A stretch of 63,877 nt of DNA, counting the filler, from Choristocarpus tenellus KU-1152 (lineage: Eukaryota; Protista; Phaeophyceae), in the NCBI GenBank assembly GCA_964200185.2. It is 15 parts of 15 records of this genome, joined end to end, with 100 filler letters (N's around TTAATTAATTAA, not from the genome) between each part and the next. Parts side by side here need not be neighbours in the genome. Positions count along the whole stretch, not along the records: positions 61,300 to 63,877 come from CAXNAD020026607.1; 14 more parts are not named here. One strand, 5' to 3'. Shown here piece after piece: positions 61,300-63,877 of this stretch. Under the pieces are notes generated by a model. The model was not told the DNA's origin and ran no database searches. It was given only the letters and a program-made list of their open reading frames with translations. How positions within the stretch are numbered: the first letter of the stretch is position 1; every line of letters begins with the position of its first letter. Made by a program: the position numbers and the translations under genes.

Positions 61300-62060
61300 C
61301 GCGCTAGCTGCTTCGAGGGACTTTTGCGATGGCTGCTCACCAGGCATGAGATGCAGTGTTTCGAGCGCTTCGCACAACTCATCTGACCCTGTCCCACGTT
61401 TGATTCTTTTCCTCGCCGTCCTTTCGGCGATGTTGAATTTTTCTGCGACGAAAGTGACTTTGAGCTTCTTGTTCTTCAGTGGTCAAGCACTTCTGACTTC
61501 GTGTTCAACATCAAGTTGGACCGCTTTGTTCCATGGCCCCTCCTGGAAGGGGCACTAGATTTCTACCCGTGGCTGCCAGCTGCAGCATCAGATGAGCTAT
61601 CGTTCAGCGAGTCGAGCGATGAAGCCGATAACAATGCACCCTTGCCGTCAGCGCCCGCGACTTGCTGCAGCACTGCCCCTCACACAAACGTTTGCAGTCA
61701 TCGTCGAGTTCGGGATCCTTTACACCACATATACCATNNNNNNNNNNGTACCCACCGCACCTTCGGCAGTTGTGGATTGTGTAGAAAGGCGGACCCGGTG
61801 TGTTTGAAGGTATCTCGCAGAGGTTTCCTGCTGCACAAGGCATGGCTTCCACTTCATACCCCTACCAGCAACGAATTGTACTGCTGTATGGTAGCATAAC
61901 CCAGGAAGTAGGGCTCTTTTCGCGAGAAATTGTTTCAAGCGCGCCACTCTCGCGTGAATATCTCTGGTATGTTGTGTTAAATCGCCCGAATACGAGAATT
62001 CCGGTAGTAACTCCTATTTTTTGGGCCATGTCGAAGAAAAGCGGTACATAATAAAATATT
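61300..62060 (-). pseudogene. Decayed ORF of unknown (probably transposon) origin
   Basis: GC-rich frame with scattered stops: HGPKNRSYYRNSRIRAI*HNIPEIFTREWRA*NNFSRKEPYFLGYATIQQYNSLL...RDTFKHTG. Confidence 0.35.
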
Positions 62061-62186
62061 TTGAACTTGGTTCATAATATTTGGCCCAAATTCGGATAAC
62101 CCATTGTACAACTGTAAATTGTAATATTGTAGAATTAAAAGATTGAGGAATTGATTTTCATCGAAACAAGGGAGTGTGATATTGAG

Positions 62187-62301
62187 ATGGCGGGTGTGGG
62201 AGCGATGCGCTTGAAGAAGGAGCTGAAGATGCTTGTGGAGGAGCCTCCTCCTGGCATCTGCGCATGGTCTGTGGGGGAAAGCCTCAACCACCTCCAAGCA
62301 C
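62187..62301 (+). CDS. UBE2T: Exon 1 of a ubiquitin-conjugating enzyme E2 T-like protein (UBE2T/UBC37)
   Basis: MAGVGAMRLKKELKMLVEEPPPGICAWSVGESLNHLQA|gtaag matches the UBE2T N-terminus RLKRELxMLxxEPPPGIxxW. Confidence 0.85.
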
Positions 62302-63813
62302 GTAAGGATCAAATTCCGACAAAGGACGAGCAACTTCAACGCTCCTCCCCAAGATTGGTACTTCTCGATATAGATGCAATCCAGATGAGCCTACTCACCA
62401 CACCTTACCTTACACCAAATACATTTCGTTTTTATGTATACATGGCGTGGAAGCATTATCGTTGTACTTGTTCTTCTCATCGCCAAGCTTTGGATCACCG
62501 ATGTGTGATACCCTCTTTGTTCTGGCTGTGATGAATCTATCTTTCCTTAGCAGAAATTTGTACCCTGCTTGTACTGACCATGAAATAGAAACCACTTCGC
62601 TGCATGCGATACAGAGATTGAGGGTCCAGAGGACACGCCCTACCAAAGGGGCACGTTTCTGCTAGATCTGCAGATCCCTGACAGGTGACATAGCAGGAGT
62701 CGGACCTGGGATAATGGGTTGCAAGAAACATATTTTCTGCAACCCTGTTATGATTCTATCGAGTCCAAGAGCAGTCCAATGGTTAGGGTAGGGTTGGTGT
62801 TGTGGGAGAGAAGTTCACATACTTTCCGGTCCTATACCTAGGATAGTGCAGCGATGGATGCCTCCATGGCACCCATATTTTGGCATATTTGGGATTGGGA
62901 CTTGGTCTTAGGGCTGCCTCAGGCTGTCATGGAGACAGCTTAGGCTCACCCCAGAACTAACTTGACTTATCCTCACTCCTTTGCTGGGGTCAAACCCTAC
63001 TCCTACCCCATTCTCCTCTTCGATAGCCGTTACCCCTCCACAACTTCAAATTATCCACATTTACTCCCACTGCTGGTGCTATGACCCAACTCTAGGCTTA
63101 AGAACAGTCCCTCACCTTGCCTCTGTCAATGTCAATGTTCCTTATTCCTATTATAACCCTTTTGCTACAACCTCGAATCCTTGTTTGCTAACCTTACCCT
63201 TGCTTGAGACACCGATATTTTCAAGGTTGCAACAATCCCATGTGCTTTCGCCTAGAACCTGTAACTTGCACACAATCCAACTCTAACCTGTTCTAGTGAT
63301 GCAATGCCCAATCTAGTGGTGCTTATTCTAACTCAAAGTGGAAGGTGGAAAGATTTTTCCACAGATAGGTACACACTGTCTATTGTACTTTTCTGATGGC
63401 CACGTGTAGTTGAAGGGCTAGGCCAAAAGTACAGGACTCACTAAATTTGTTTTGATGGTTGAAAGTTACACGGCAAAAAGAGAACGGAATCAAGCACTGA
63501 ATGCGGCCCATCATCCTCCCCCCTTCCCTCCCACAGCCTTGGATGACTTGATGCCACACTGTGTGGTGCACTCTGTGTCTTCGATATTCAAACCTTTGGA
63601 TTCAATACTATTTTTGTTGACAGATATTCTACAAGAGAGAATCGAGGTATTTCCAGGCACGCCGCAGCCTAACTATTGGCTAGTTGGTACTGTAGTAATA
63701 CATGGGGGCATTTGGGGGTGGGTGTATGTTCACCTGGTAGTGGATTTTGACAGCTGTGGTAAACATGAAGAAATACATATTAGTCACAGTTGCTCAAATT
63801 GAATGCCAGATTA

Positions 63814-63851
<38 letters not shown>

Positions 63852-63877
63852 ACCTCGCGCCCCCCCCCCCTTCCAAC

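Noticed and set aside
63815-63870. Poly-C/poly-G tracts as G-quadruplex regulatory elements
   Set aside because: They mostly lie at contig ends where length and sequence are unreliable, so function cannot be supported.

Overview
Eukaryotic, intron-rich, repeat-rich genomic DNA, most likely from a photosynthetic stramenopile such as a brown alga. This is an inference from GT-AG introns, TTAGGG telomere-type repeats and an ASAFAP-like bipartite plastid presequence. The window is not contiguous: it is about 15 unordered contigs joined by an artificial 100-nt linker (N44-TTAATTAATTAA-N44), so synteny across linkers is meaningless. Host gene pieces I can support: the last exon of a peroxisomal ACAD10/11 (IBR3)-type acyl-CoA dehydrogenase ending in -ARL; the 5' part of an S-adenosylmethionine decarboxylase that appears to carry a spliced plastid-targeting presequence plus overlapping uORFs and alternative acceptors; six phase-compatible exons of a conserved algal/plant TPR-like protein; three exons of a probable Dispatched/Patched-like membrane protein; exon 1 of a UBE2T-like E2; and a few orphan exons. 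The rest is mobile DNA: a complete 3-kb gag-only LTR element, copia RT/integrase relics, LINE relics including a tandem pair ending in a Tudor-like domain, a decayed ParB-domain gene, and several MITE families with G(A/G)-starting termini and 4-bp target duplications (Sola-like). A ~60-nt structured motif with covarying stems occurs four times. I recognised no rRNA, tRNA or CRISPR array. Family assignments are from motif recognition by eye, not database searches.
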